Part shown: positions 8,245 to 19,775 of the stretch, in pieces
Layout of the letters: each line of letters starts with the position of its first letter
Position numbering within the stretch: position 1 is the first letter of the stretch
Assembly (NCBI GenBank): GCA_965250185.1
Contig: OZ252293.1
Span: 1,607,862 to 1,671,861 of the forward strand
Length of the DNA: 64,000 bases
Reading direction: 5' to 3'
DNA from: Vicinamibacterales bacterium
GTDB lineage: Bacteria; Acidobacteriota; Vicinamibacteria; Vicinamibacterales; G965250185
Made by a program: the position numbers and the translations under genes
Notes under the pieces: model-generated
The model's database searches: none
The model's input: the letters and a program-made list of their open reading frames with translations, nothing else
What the model was told of the DNA's origin: nothing

Positions 8245-9495
8245 CTAGCGTCCAGCTGTACTCCGGTTCGCGAGGATGAATGCGACGAGGTGCTCCGCCT
8301 CGCCGGGTGCCAGTTCGGGCCACTCGAGATTCTGGCCGTCGAGGGCTGCCTCCATGGCGGCGCCGTGATTCCACATCGCGGCGATGACGTCGATCGGGGA
8401 GTCGAGATCGTCGGCCACGGTGGCCAGATCCGGTCCCACGCGTGTGCCCGCGCCGACGGCGTGGCACGTTGCGCACTTGCTTGCGAAGATGTTGGAGCCG
8501 CGCGCGGGCAGAGCGCGCACGTGCGACGACCTCACGAAGTAGAGGTAGGCGATCACGTCGGCCATCTCCTGGCCCGTGAACTGGATCTCGGGAATTCGCT
8601 GGCGCTGGAATTCCGTCTGCATACCCTGGCTGTGGTTCCACATCGCCGCGGCGATCCCCGGCACGGTGCTTCGGGCGATCGAACCGGAGCCGAGATCCGG
8701 GCCGGTCGTGCCGCCAACCCCGTTGACGGCGTGACAGGCATCACAGTTCCTCAAGGAGAACAGCGTCTTCCCCCGTGACGGGCGGCCGGGCCGGTGGCTG
8801 GTCACGTCCGCCTGGGCACCAGGGTCGGCCCGCACGTAGGCGGCCAGGTCGCCCATCTCCCGAGCGCTGAGGCGAGGCCAGGTCACTCGTTGGACCCGCA
8901 TCGCCTGGGCCATCTGTGATGCGTGGTTCCACATGGCCTGGGCGAGATAGACGGCCGATGCGCTGCCTCGGTACTTCTGGAGGCTCGGGCCGAGACGGCC
9001 CATGGCCCCTTCGCCTTCGTGGCAGCCGGCACATCCCCTGTCGACGAAGACACGGCGGCCGCGCGTCGCATCCGCCTCCCGGTCCATCTGGGTCGCCTCG
9101 TAGCGGTACGACGCCAGGAACGTCAACAACTCGGTCATCTCCGCGGAACTGATCACGGGTCGCGCCACGCCGAGTTCGGTCATGCGCTCGCCCATGCCCG
9201 GCGAGTGGCTCCAGAGCGCGCCGGCCACGTCGAACACCGACGACTCGAGCAGCACGTGGCCGAGATCGGGGCCGGCGGGATTGAGCCCAGTGCCGATCGA
9301 GTGACACCGAATGCAGCGCTTGGACGAGAACAGCCGCACGCCAGCCGTCGGCCGATCGGGCAGGTCGATAGAGAGCAGCACCGAGCCCTGCTGTGCGGAG
9401 CTCGTGGCGCTCGCTGCCAGCAGGAGCCCGGCACCGACGACCACCCCACCCAGGGCGAGGTGCCACCGACGGAACGTAGATGAGATCGCGGTCAT
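8245..9495 (-). CDS. Secreted tetra-haem c-type cytochrome (four class-I-like modules)
   Basis: Has a signal peptide and four CXXCH motifs (CIRCH, CAGCH, CDACH, CATCH). Each is followed by an 'MWNH' segment that could supply the Met ligand. Confidence 0.85.
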   Translation of the reverse strand: MTAISSTFRRWHLALGGVVVGAGLLLAASATSSAQQGSVLLSIDLPDRPTAGVRLFSSKRCIRCHSIGTGLNPAGPDLGHVLLESSVFDVAGALWSHSPGMGERMTELGVARPVISSAEMTELLTFLASYRYEATQMDREADATRGRRVFVDRGCAGCHEGEGAMGRLGPSLQKYRGSASAVYLAQAMWNHASQMAQAMRVQRVTWPRLSAREMGDLAAYVRADPGAQADVTSHRPGRPSRGKTLFSLRNCDACHAVNGVGGTTGPDLGSGSIARSTVPGIAAAMWNHSQGMQTEFQRQRIPEIQFTGQEMADVIAYLYFVRSSHVRALPARGSNIFASKCATCHAVGAGTRVGPDLATVADDLDSPIDVIAAMWNHGAAMEAALDGQNLEWPELAPGEAEHLVAFILANRSTAGR

Positions 9496-9621
9496 GGTCG
9501 CCCTCCAGGAGAGCCGTGGCAGGGGGTGGATCGCTTGCTGGGGCGATCCCCATGACTCCGGAATCGAGAACGTGAAGACGCCGACTGCTAGCTGTAGCGT
9601 AGCACAGGACCGAGATGTAAC

Positions 9622-12099
9622 TCAGTAGGCGAGGAGTTGGCGCGCGTTCCGCTCGATCTCCTCGGCGCCGGGCAGGAAGTGATCCTCGAGCGGTGGCGAG
9701 TACGGCACGGGCGTGTCGAGGGCGCCCATCACGCGGACCGGGGCATCGAGCGACTCGAACGCCTCTTCCTGGATGATCGCGGCGAGGCTCTCGCCGATGC
9801 CTCCGGTGCGTGAATCCTCGTGGACGATCAGAACACGCGTGCAGTGGCGCGCGACGGCCAGCACGGACGCTCGGTCGAGCGGTGCGAGGCTCCGAAGGTC
9901 GAGCACTGCCGCCTCGATGCCGTCCGCGGCGAGGGCGCTCGCCACCTCCATGGCGATGTGGACGTAGGCGCCGTAGGAGACGATCGCGAGGTCGTCGCCG
10001 TGACGCCGGAGCGCCGCCGACCCAAGTGGAATCGGCATCGGAGGCTTTTCGGGCAGCACTTGCTTGATGCGAGGCTCTCGGTAGAGCGCGATGTGCTCGT
10101 AGAAGAGCACTGGATCGGGGTCGGCCACCGCCGACGCCAACAGGGCCCGCGCGTCCTCCGGCGTCGACGGCGCAACAATCTTCAGGCCGGGCGTCCGGTA
10201 GAACCATGGCTCGGTGTTCTGGGAATGGTAGGGGCCCGCGTGGCGCAGGCCGCCCCATGGCATCCGGACGACCATGGGGACCGATCCGCCCCAGCGGTAC
10301 CGGATCTTGGCGGCATTGTTGACGAGCTGATTGAAGCCAGTCGCCACGAAATCGTTGAACTGGATCTCGCCGATCGGTCGCTGGCCCGCCAGCGCAGCCC
10401 CCACGCATCCTCCCAGCACGGCGCCCTCGGCGAGCGGCGAGTTGATGAGCCGGTCACCAAATTCATCCAGGAGCGGACGCAAGAGCAGGAAGGCGTTGCC
10501 GTAACGGCCACCGACGTCCTGGCCGTAGATGAACACCCGCGGATCGGCGCGAAGGGCATCCCGCAGTCCCAGCATGATCGCGTCGAGGAACGTGCGCCCG
10601 GCGTGATCGAATGGGAGTCCAGCGATGACGTCGGGCAGCAGCGGATCAGGGTCGACGCTCAGCCGTACGTCCTCGTGCAGGACCTCGATGCGTCGCCTGG
10701 GCGGTTCGTTGGCGTGGACGCCGACGCCCGCGAGGGATGGCTCGGGCCAGTCCGCCGCGATCACCCGCCGCGATTCGGCGTCGACGATGCGTTCGGCCTC
10801 TTGCTGGAGCCGAGCCAGATCGCCTGGCTCGATGAGCCCGGCTTGCTCGAGCCGGCGAGCGTAGGTGGCGATTGGATCGCGCGTGGCCCAGTAGTCGTAC
10901 CGCGCGGCGTCGATGTAGCCCTCACCGGTGAGCGGCGGGTACACCCAGGACGATTGGGGATCCCGCCCCAGGTACAGCATGTCGTCATGATGCGCGTGTC
11001 CACACATCCGCATGGCCACGAGCTCGATCAGGGAGGGACCCAGGCCGGCGCGCGCCCGCTCGGCCGCCCAGGCGAAGGCGGCCGCGATGGCGTCCGGGTC
11101 GGTGCCATCGATCGTGATGCCTGGGATACCGTAGCCTGCGGCCTTGTCGGCGAACACCCGGACCGCCGACTGATCGGCTATCGGTGTCGAGAGGGCCGTC
11201 TGGTTGTTCTGAAGACAGAAGATCGCCGGCAGTCGACGCGCGGCGCACAGGTTGATCGCCTCATGCCATTCCCCGAGCGACGAGCCGCCCTCGCCGATGA
11301 ACGACACCGCCACGCGGTCCGAGCCCTCGCGCTGAAACGCCAGCGCCATGCCGGCGATCGTGAGAGTCCCGATTGTCAGTGGCGCCGTGGCCGGCAGCAC
11401 GCCCCAGGCCATGTCGCCGAGGTGGAGGTCTTTGCCCTCCATCGGCGGCCCGGCCTTGGCCATCTGAGCCGAGAGCACCATGCGCACCGTGTCGGGATGC
11501 GGTCGCATGGCGAGGGCGACGCCCAGGTCGCGGATGACCGGGGCCACGACGTCGCCGCGCCACGCGCCGCTCGGATCGCGATGCGCCGCACCACGGCGCA
11601 GGCGCACGGCGGCCGCGTAGATCGCTTCCTGGCCGAGCGATCGGAAACCCTTGCCCTGGAAGCCCGCGCCCTGGAATCGAATCTGTCCGCCCGAGAAGAA
11701 CGCTTTCAGCTGGTTGTCCGTGGCACGCGTCAGGAGCATGCCGCGAAGGATCTCGCGCCGCTCACCCGGCGTGAGCGACGCCGCGATGGCCTCGCGACGC
11801 AGGAAGCCGGCGCACGCCTCGACCAGCTCCGCATGAGCCGCGGCCAGCCGCGCTTCTACGGGGACGCGAGGCGTCGTCTCGGACAAGTCGCTGGGGGAGA
11901 GCGATCGTAGCCGGTCGGCCAGCCGCTCGGCGAGAGGGGACCGAAGCCCGTCCGGGCCGAGGTCCGTTGGCGTCGTCTCGGCAGCGACGTCGTAGGCCGC
12001 CAGCGCGACCTCGAGCGCGAACGGGAAGCGCTCGGCCACGAAGGCCCCGAAGCGATCCCGCAGGCCCGCCGTTCGTGTCACGTCAACAGGCGTGGACAT
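9622..12099 (-). CDS. Fused 2-oxoacid dehydrogenase E1 component (alpha+beta, TPP-dependent)
   Basis: 825 aa. The N-terminal half has the E1-alpha TPP motif ('FIGEGGSSLGEWHEAINLCAARRLP'). The C-terminal half has transketolase-like E1-beta features ('NSPLAEGAVLG', 'PWGG..HAGPYHSQ'). Confidence 0.85.
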   Translation of the reverse strand: MSTPVDVTRTAGLRDRFGAFVAERFPFALEVALAAYDVAAETTPTDLGPDGLRSPLAERLADRLRSLSPSDLSETTPRVPVEARLAAAHAELVEACAGFLRREAIAASLTPGERREILRGMLLTRATDNQLKAFFSGGQIRFQGAGFQGKGFRSLGQEAIYAAAVRLRRGAAHRDPSGAWRGDVVAPVIRDLGVALAMRPHPDTVRMVLSAQMAKAGPPMEGKDLHLGDMAWGVLPATAPLTIGTLTIAGMALAFQREGSDRVAVSFIGEGGSSLGEWHEAINLCAARRLPAIFCLQNNQTALSTPIADQSAVRVFADKAAGYGIPGITIDGTDPDAIAAAFAWAAERARAGLGPSLIELVAMRMCGHAHHDDMLYLGRDPQSSWVYPPLTGEGYIDAARYDYWATRDPIATYARRLEQAGLIEPGDLARLQQEAERIVDAESRRVIAADWPEPSLAGVGVHANEPPRRRIEVLHEDVRLSVDPDPLLPDVIAGLPFDHAGRTFLDAIMLGLRDALRADPRVFIYGQDVGGRYGNAFLLLRPLLDEFGDRLINSPLAEGAVLGGCVGAALAGQRPIGEIQFNDFVATGFNQLVNNAAKIRYRWGGSVPMVVRMPWGGLRHAGPYHSQNTEPWFYRTPGLKIVAPSTPEDARALLASAVADPDPVLFYEHIALYREPRIKQVLPEKPPMPIPLGSAALRRHGDDLAIVSYGAYVHIAMEVASALAADGIEAAVLDLRSLAPLDRASVLAVARHCTRVLIVHEDSRTGGIGESLAAIIQEEAFESLDAPVRVMGALDTPVPYSPPLEDHFLPGAEEIERNARQLLAY

Positions 12100-12175
12100 G
12101 CCACCGCCATGCTAGTGGCCCGTACCCGGCATTTCAATAGCGGTCGGTCAGTCCTCGGTGTCCAGTCTGCGGCGT

Positions 12176-12226
12176 CAGCATTCGACATTCGGCATTCAGC
12201 ATTCAACATTCACCCTTCCAACATTC
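12176..12226. repeat. Heptamer array (RRCATTC, complement of GAATGYY)
   Basis: Reads cagcatt cgacatt cggcatt cagcatt caacatt caccctt ccaacatt. It abuts the glnA stop codon. Confidence 0.85.
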
Positions 12227-12227
12227 C

Positions 12228-13667
12228 TCAGAACATCCCCCACAGGTACTGGTTCGTCACCTCGTGATGGAACTGCACCTCGCCCGTCTTGATCACCGAG
12301 CCCAGGGCCTTCGGACAGCGGTCGGCGGCGATCTGCTTGAGCTCGACGTACTTACCGTGGACCTCGGGACCCAGCAGTTCCGAGGCGTAGCGGCTGGACT
12401 TGAAGATCCGGATCGCGTCGTGGATGTTGTCCGGCAGGCAACGGGTGCGAGCGCGCTTGGTGTCGTCGCTCTTCTCCGGCGCGGGTCCCTCGAGCCCGGT
12501 CTTCAGGACGGCGTAGATGGCCATGTACGGGTTGGCGTCCGGAGCAATCGAGCGGACCTCGACTCGGGCCGACCGCTCGTTGCCGAGCGGGATGCGGATC
12601 ATCGATCCTCGGTCGATCGCGGAGGCCTTGATCTGGTTCGGTGCCTCGAAGTGCGGATCGAGGCGACGATACGAATTGACGCTCGCGTTCAGGATCAGGC
12701 AGAGGTCGCTCGCGCTGTGCAGGATGCGATCGACGAATTGCCAGCCCAGCGTGGACAGACCATCCTGCCCATCCGCCTCGAAAAACAAGTTCTTCCCGTC
12801 TCGCGAGAGCGAGACGTTCGTGTGCATGCCGCTGCCGTTGACCCCGGTGACCGGCTTGGGCAGGAACGACGCGGTCAAGTCGTACTTCTGGGCTACCTGG
12901 CGACACAGCAGCTTGTAGAGCTCGACCTGATCGGCAGCGATGCAGGCTTCGGTGTGGCTGTAGTTCATCTCGAACTGTGACGGTGCCACCTCCGGGTGAT
13001 CCTTCTCGTTCGCGAACCCCATGGCCCGCTGCACCTCCGCCGCGGCATCGATGAATTGCCGCAGGCTGTCGCCCGGCAGCGAGTGGTAGTAGCCGCCCGT
13101 CGAGATGAAATCGAACTGGCGTGTCTCGTGATACCGACGCTCCGCTTCGAGGCCCTTGAACAGGAAGCCCTCGATCTCGTTCGACACGTTGGCGGTAAGG
13201 CCATCCCGCTCGTAGATCGTCTGGGTGAACCGCTTGAGCGCCGACCGTGTGTCGCCAGGATACGGCGAGCCGTCGCGCTCGCTGACCTCGCCGAAGACCA
13301 GGACCTTACCCGGGCCAAACATGTCCGCCGGGAGCCAGTAGAACGCTGGCCAGTCGATGTGCAGGCGCAGATCTGATTCGGCCTGATCCGAAAAGCCTCG
13401 GATCGACGAGCCATCGAACGTTAGGTTCTCGGCCGACTTGACCAGGAACTTCTTGTCGTAGTCCAGCGTGTGCCGGCGACCTTCGAGATCGGAGAAGAGG
13501 ACAGTGACGGCCTTGATGCGCCTCTCGTCCATCAGGTACTTCTCGCGAATCTCGCGAACCTTGTCGGGCGCCACGCGATCGAATCGCTGCTGCTTCGCCT
13601 CGAGGTTCATCTCCTCGAGCTGGTCGTAGGGAATCTCCAGGAAATCACGTAACGGTGAACGGTTCAC
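12228..13667 (-). CDS. glnA: Glutamine synthetase
   Basis: 'NGSGMHTNVSL' and 'FDGSSIRGF' are GS motifs. The start was moved to GTG 13667, which has the RBS aaagGGAGAcaaatcGTG. Confidence 0.85.
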   Translation of the reverse strand: MNRSPLRDFLEIPYDQLEEMNLEAKQQRFDRVAPDKVREIREKYLMDERRIKAVTVLFSDLEGRRHTLDYDKKFLVKSAENLTFDGSSIRGFSDQAESDLRLHIDWPAFYWLPADMFGPGKVLVFGEVSERDGSPYPGDTRSALKRFTQTIYERDGLTANVSNEIEGFLFKGLEAERRYHETRQFDFISTGGYYHSLPGDSLRQFIDAAAEVQRAMGFANEKDHPEVAPSQFEMNYSHTEACIAADQVELYKLLCRQVAQKYDLTASFLPKPVTGVNGSGMHTNVSLSRDGKNLFFEADGQDGLSTLGWQFVDRILHSASDLCLILNASVNSYRRLDPHFEAPNQIKASAIDRGSMIRIPLGNERSARVEVRSIAPDANPYMAIYAVLKTGLEGPAPEKSDDTKRARTRCLPDNIHDAIRIFKSSRYASELLGPEVHGKYVELKQIAADRCPKALGSVIKTGEVQFHHEVTNQYLWGMF

Positions 13668-13782
13668 GATTTGTCTCCCTTTCTCGAAACGGGGCGCCAC
13701 TGGTATTCGGTGAAGGAGAGAGTATAACGTCAGAATTAAGCCAATGAAACATGTTTTTAACTTAAAATAACTTGTATTTAAT
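13668..13782 (-). promoter_or_regulatory. AT-rich putative glnA promoter/operator region
   Basis: The only strongly AT-rich stretch in the window. It contains the perfect palindrome AAACATGTTT and, on the glnA strand, a possible TTCATT-16-TATACT promoter. Confidence 0.35.
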
Positions 13783-14313
13783 CTAACCGTGCAGCATTTT
13801 ATACTTTCTCAACAGTTCGTACAGGACCACACCTCCAGCCGTCGCGACGTTCAGCGAGTGCTTGACGCCCAGCATCGGGATGCGTATCCGGACGTCGCAC
13901 CGGTCGACCACGACCCGTGACAGCCCGTCGACCTCGTGGCCGAAGAGCACGCACACAGGAAAGATCGGGTGCCAGTCGTAGAGGTCCTCAGCCCGCGACT
14001 CGGTCTCGATCGCCGCGAGCTGACGGCCGCTGGCTCGCAGCTCGTCCGCCAGCTCGACCGCGCTCGCGTGGTGCGTCCACGGCACCACCTCTTCGGCGCC
14101 GAGCGCTGTCTTGGCGAGCTGGCGATGGGGTGGATGGCCGGTGACGCCGGTCAGGTGGAGCCGCTCGAGCCCCACGGCGTCGGCCGTGCGGAAGAACGCG
14201 CCCACGTTGTACAGGCTGCGGACGTCATCGAGCACGACCGAGACGGGCAGGCGTCGGAGCGCGTCGTACGGTCGGGCAAGCTGCGTCGCGGCGTAGGGGA
14301 TCCGGTCGGGCAC
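13783..14313 (-). CDS. SpoU/TrmH family RNA 2'-O-methyltransferase
   Basis: 'SLYNVGAFFRTADA', 'FGHEVDGLS' and 'IPMLGVKHSLNVATAGGVVLYE' are SPOUT motifs 1-3. Confidence 0.8.
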   Translation of the reverse strand: MPDRIPYAATQLARPYDALRRLPVSVVLDDVRSLYNVGAFFRTADAVGLERLHLTGVTGHPPHRQLAKTALGAEEVVPWTHHASAVELADELRASGRQLAAIETESRAEDLYDWHPIFPVCVLFGHEVDGLSRVVVDRCDVRIRIPMLGVKHSLNVATAGGVVLYELLRKYKMLHG

Positions 14314-14355
14314 GGATCTCTAGCCTATACCCGATGGACATACCAGGGACTGCGG

Positions 14356-15114
14356 CTACGGCGCTGTGGTCGAGTCGAGCTCCTCGAGAAACGCCACCAG
14401 CTCGCGGTGGAATTCGTCCGGGGCGTCGAGGTAGCTGGGGTGGCTGGCGCCCTTCATGATGTGGGTGCGGCTGCCTTCGAGCGCGTCGGCCAGCACCTGT
14501 GCTTGCGAGACGGGAATGATCTGGTCGTTCTCCCCCCAGACGATGAGCGTCGCGACCTGGACCGGGCGGAGTGCGCCCACGTGCGCATCGATTCCGCCCG
14601 GCGCCACCGCTACGAAGCCACCGACCATGTCGGGATGTCTGGCGACCAGCGGCAGGCTGAATCCGCCGCTCATCGATGGCGACACGATCACGGGCCGTTC
14701 GATCTCGAGCTCCGGGATCACCTGGGCCAGAAAGTCTTTTGGCTTCACGTCTGTCGAGCCGGACCGCCCGTATCCCGGGAGGTCGATCGCGACGACGCGA
14801 TAGCCCGCCGCAGTCAGATGATCGATTGTCCCGAGCTCGCGCCACGTCTGGGAGCTGAAGCGAGCCCCGTGCAGCAGCAGCACCGGCCGTCCATCGGCCG
14901 GCCCCGCCTCGAGCAGGTGGAGGTCGGCCCCGGCGATCGCCACCGTCCGAGCCGCGATCTCCTGACCTGCTGCTAGCTCCTGACCCGTCGCCAGCCCGCC
15001 GCTCCAGGTGACGACCGCCAGCGTTATCGTCAGCGTTCTCCTGATCCACCGGTCAGCACGCACTCTGCACCACCATTGACTAGAAGCGGTTTCACAACCC
15101 GTGACCAACATCAT
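14356..15114 (-). CDS. Alpha/beta hydrolase
   Basis: 'VLLLHGARFSSQTW' fits the oxyanion HG, and 'PSMSGGF' is the nucleophile elbow. A likely signal peptide begins at GTG 15063. Confidence 0.7.
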   Translation of the reverse strand: MMLVTGCETASSQWWCRVRADRWIRRTLTITLAVVTWSGGLATGQELAAGQEIAARTVAIAGADLHLLEAGPADGRPVLLLHGARFSSQTWRELGTIDHLTAAGYRVVAIDLPGYGRSGSTDVKPKDFLAQVIPELEIERPVIVSPSMSGGFSLPLVARHPDMVGGFVAVAPGGIDAHVGALRPVQVATLIVWGENDQIIPVSQAQVLADALEGSRTHIMKGASHPSYLDAPDEFHRELVAFLEELDSTTAP

Positions 15115-15155
15115 GCGCTCCTGTGCGCACTACGTACGTCCAGTGGACGGTGTTC

Positions 15156-15998
15156 TCAATGCGTCATCGCGTATACCAGCACGTTGATGCCCACGGCGTA
15201 CGCGTCGATCGAGAACCGATGAAAGAACTCCTGGTCTTCGCCCTCGCGCTCCCAGCCGTCGGCGATGTCGGTATTGTGCGACATGAAGACCATCAGGCGG
15301 CCGCCCTCGTCGGAGATGCCGCGGAAGTGCGGCACGGCCGAGGAGGCGCCCTGCTCCGAGGTGCTCGAGCCGCCGCTGCGTCGCCAGAACTGGATGGATG
15401 GAATCTGCGGCACCTGGTCGATCTGGAACAGTCCGTGGTAGAGCGGATGATCGAGTGGCACGTCCAGGATCGGGTAGACCGATGACGGGAGCACCTTGCC
15501 GATCTCGTCGGACCAGTTGGCCCACGCGCGGTCGCCCCAGAAGTCGTCCACCCAGAGGAACCCACCGCGCTGGAGGTAGCTCCGCAGCCGCGGCACCTCG
15601 TCGGCCTCGAATGAGGCTGTGCCCACGTCGGACATGAAGATGAACGGGTACTCGAAGAGTTCGGGGTCGGTCAGCCGAACGACGACATGGTCCGGCTCGC
15701 CGTGTCTGTCCTGGCTGATGGTGGTCGTCGTGAGCTCAGAGAGCCGGACCATCAGGTTGATGTCCGAGGTCGGGTAGTCCGTGTCCCATCCGTGGCCGAG
15801 GTACTCACGACGCACACTCTCGTAGAGGACGCGGCAAAACGTGAAGGATCTGTCGGTGCGATCGGGCTCGGGAAACTTCGGCGGCATGCGGCGAAAACCC
15901 CAGCCACCCCACTGAGCGAGCAGCGTCCCGCCGGAGACGCAGATGATGACTGCCAGAACCCATCCGGCGACACGTCGTGAATTCGGGTGTAGGGGCAC
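15156..15998 (-). CDS. DUF4159 domain protein (paralogue 1)
   Basis: Shares 'DDFWG', 'DHPLYH' and the C-terminal 'VYAMTH' with the two other copies in the window. It has an N-terminal TM/signal and a GTG start. Confidence 0.75.
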   Translation of the reverse strand: MPLHPNSRRVAGWVLAVIICVSGGTLLAQWGGWGFRRMPPKFPEPDRTDRSFTFCRVLYESVRREYLGHGWDTDYPTSDINLMVRLSELTTTTISQDRHGEPDHVVVRLTDPELFEYPFIFMSDVGTASFEADEVPRLRSYLQRGGFLWVDDFWGDRAWANWSDEIGKVLPSSVYPILDVPLDHPLYHGLFQIDQVPQIPSIQFWRRSGGSSTSEQGASSAVPHFRGISDEGGRLMVFMSHNTDIADGWEREGEDQEFFHRFSIDAYAVGINVLVYAMTH

Positions 15999-16001
15999 GA
16001 C

Positions 16002-16052
16002 CGAATGTTGAATGCCGAATGTTGAATGTCGAATGCCGAATGCTGAGTGCCG
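16002..16052. repeat. GAATGYY heptamer array
   Basis: Reads cgaatgt tgaatgc cgaatgt tgaatgt cgaatgc cgaatgc tgagtgc. It lies between two co-directional minus-strand genes. Confidence 0.85.
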
Positions 16053-16084
16053 CAGGGCCCTTGCCCCTGCGGCCTGGCCCCCGT

Positions 16085-19603
<3,519 letters not shown>

Positions 19604-19775
19604 GGCGATGACCTTATTCGCTGGCAGTATGTATCCTCAAGTGTAACCTGCTTCCGACGAAAGCCGAACCGCGAATCGTCCGGTCGCCGCCGCTCGTGTG
19701 TCCCGCTCGTTCGAGATCCATTCGGCTGCCCCTCGGCTGCGCTCGGGAGGATCAAGCCTTCGCGCTACGTAATCC

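Noticed and set aside
9496-9621. Hairpin GGATCGC-N9-GCGATCC in the cytochrome c 5' leader as a riboswitch or regulatory RNA
   Set aside because: It is a single 7-bp stem with no further conserved structure that I can recognise. That is insufficient evidence.
9820-11910. 696-aa + strand ORF
   Set aside because: It is antisense to the E1 alpha/beta dehydrogenase, which has clear TPP and transketolase motifs. Shadow ORFs like this are typical of high-GC DNA (R/G/D/H-rich, no domains). The same reasoning rejects 8741..10408(-), 8122..8778(+) and 7895..8641(-).
13668-13790. AT-rich patch as a genomic-island or integration boundary
   Set aside because: It is only about 115 bp. There is no tRNA, integrase or direct repeats flanking it, and the neighbouring genes are housekeeping. 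A promoter region is the simpler reading.
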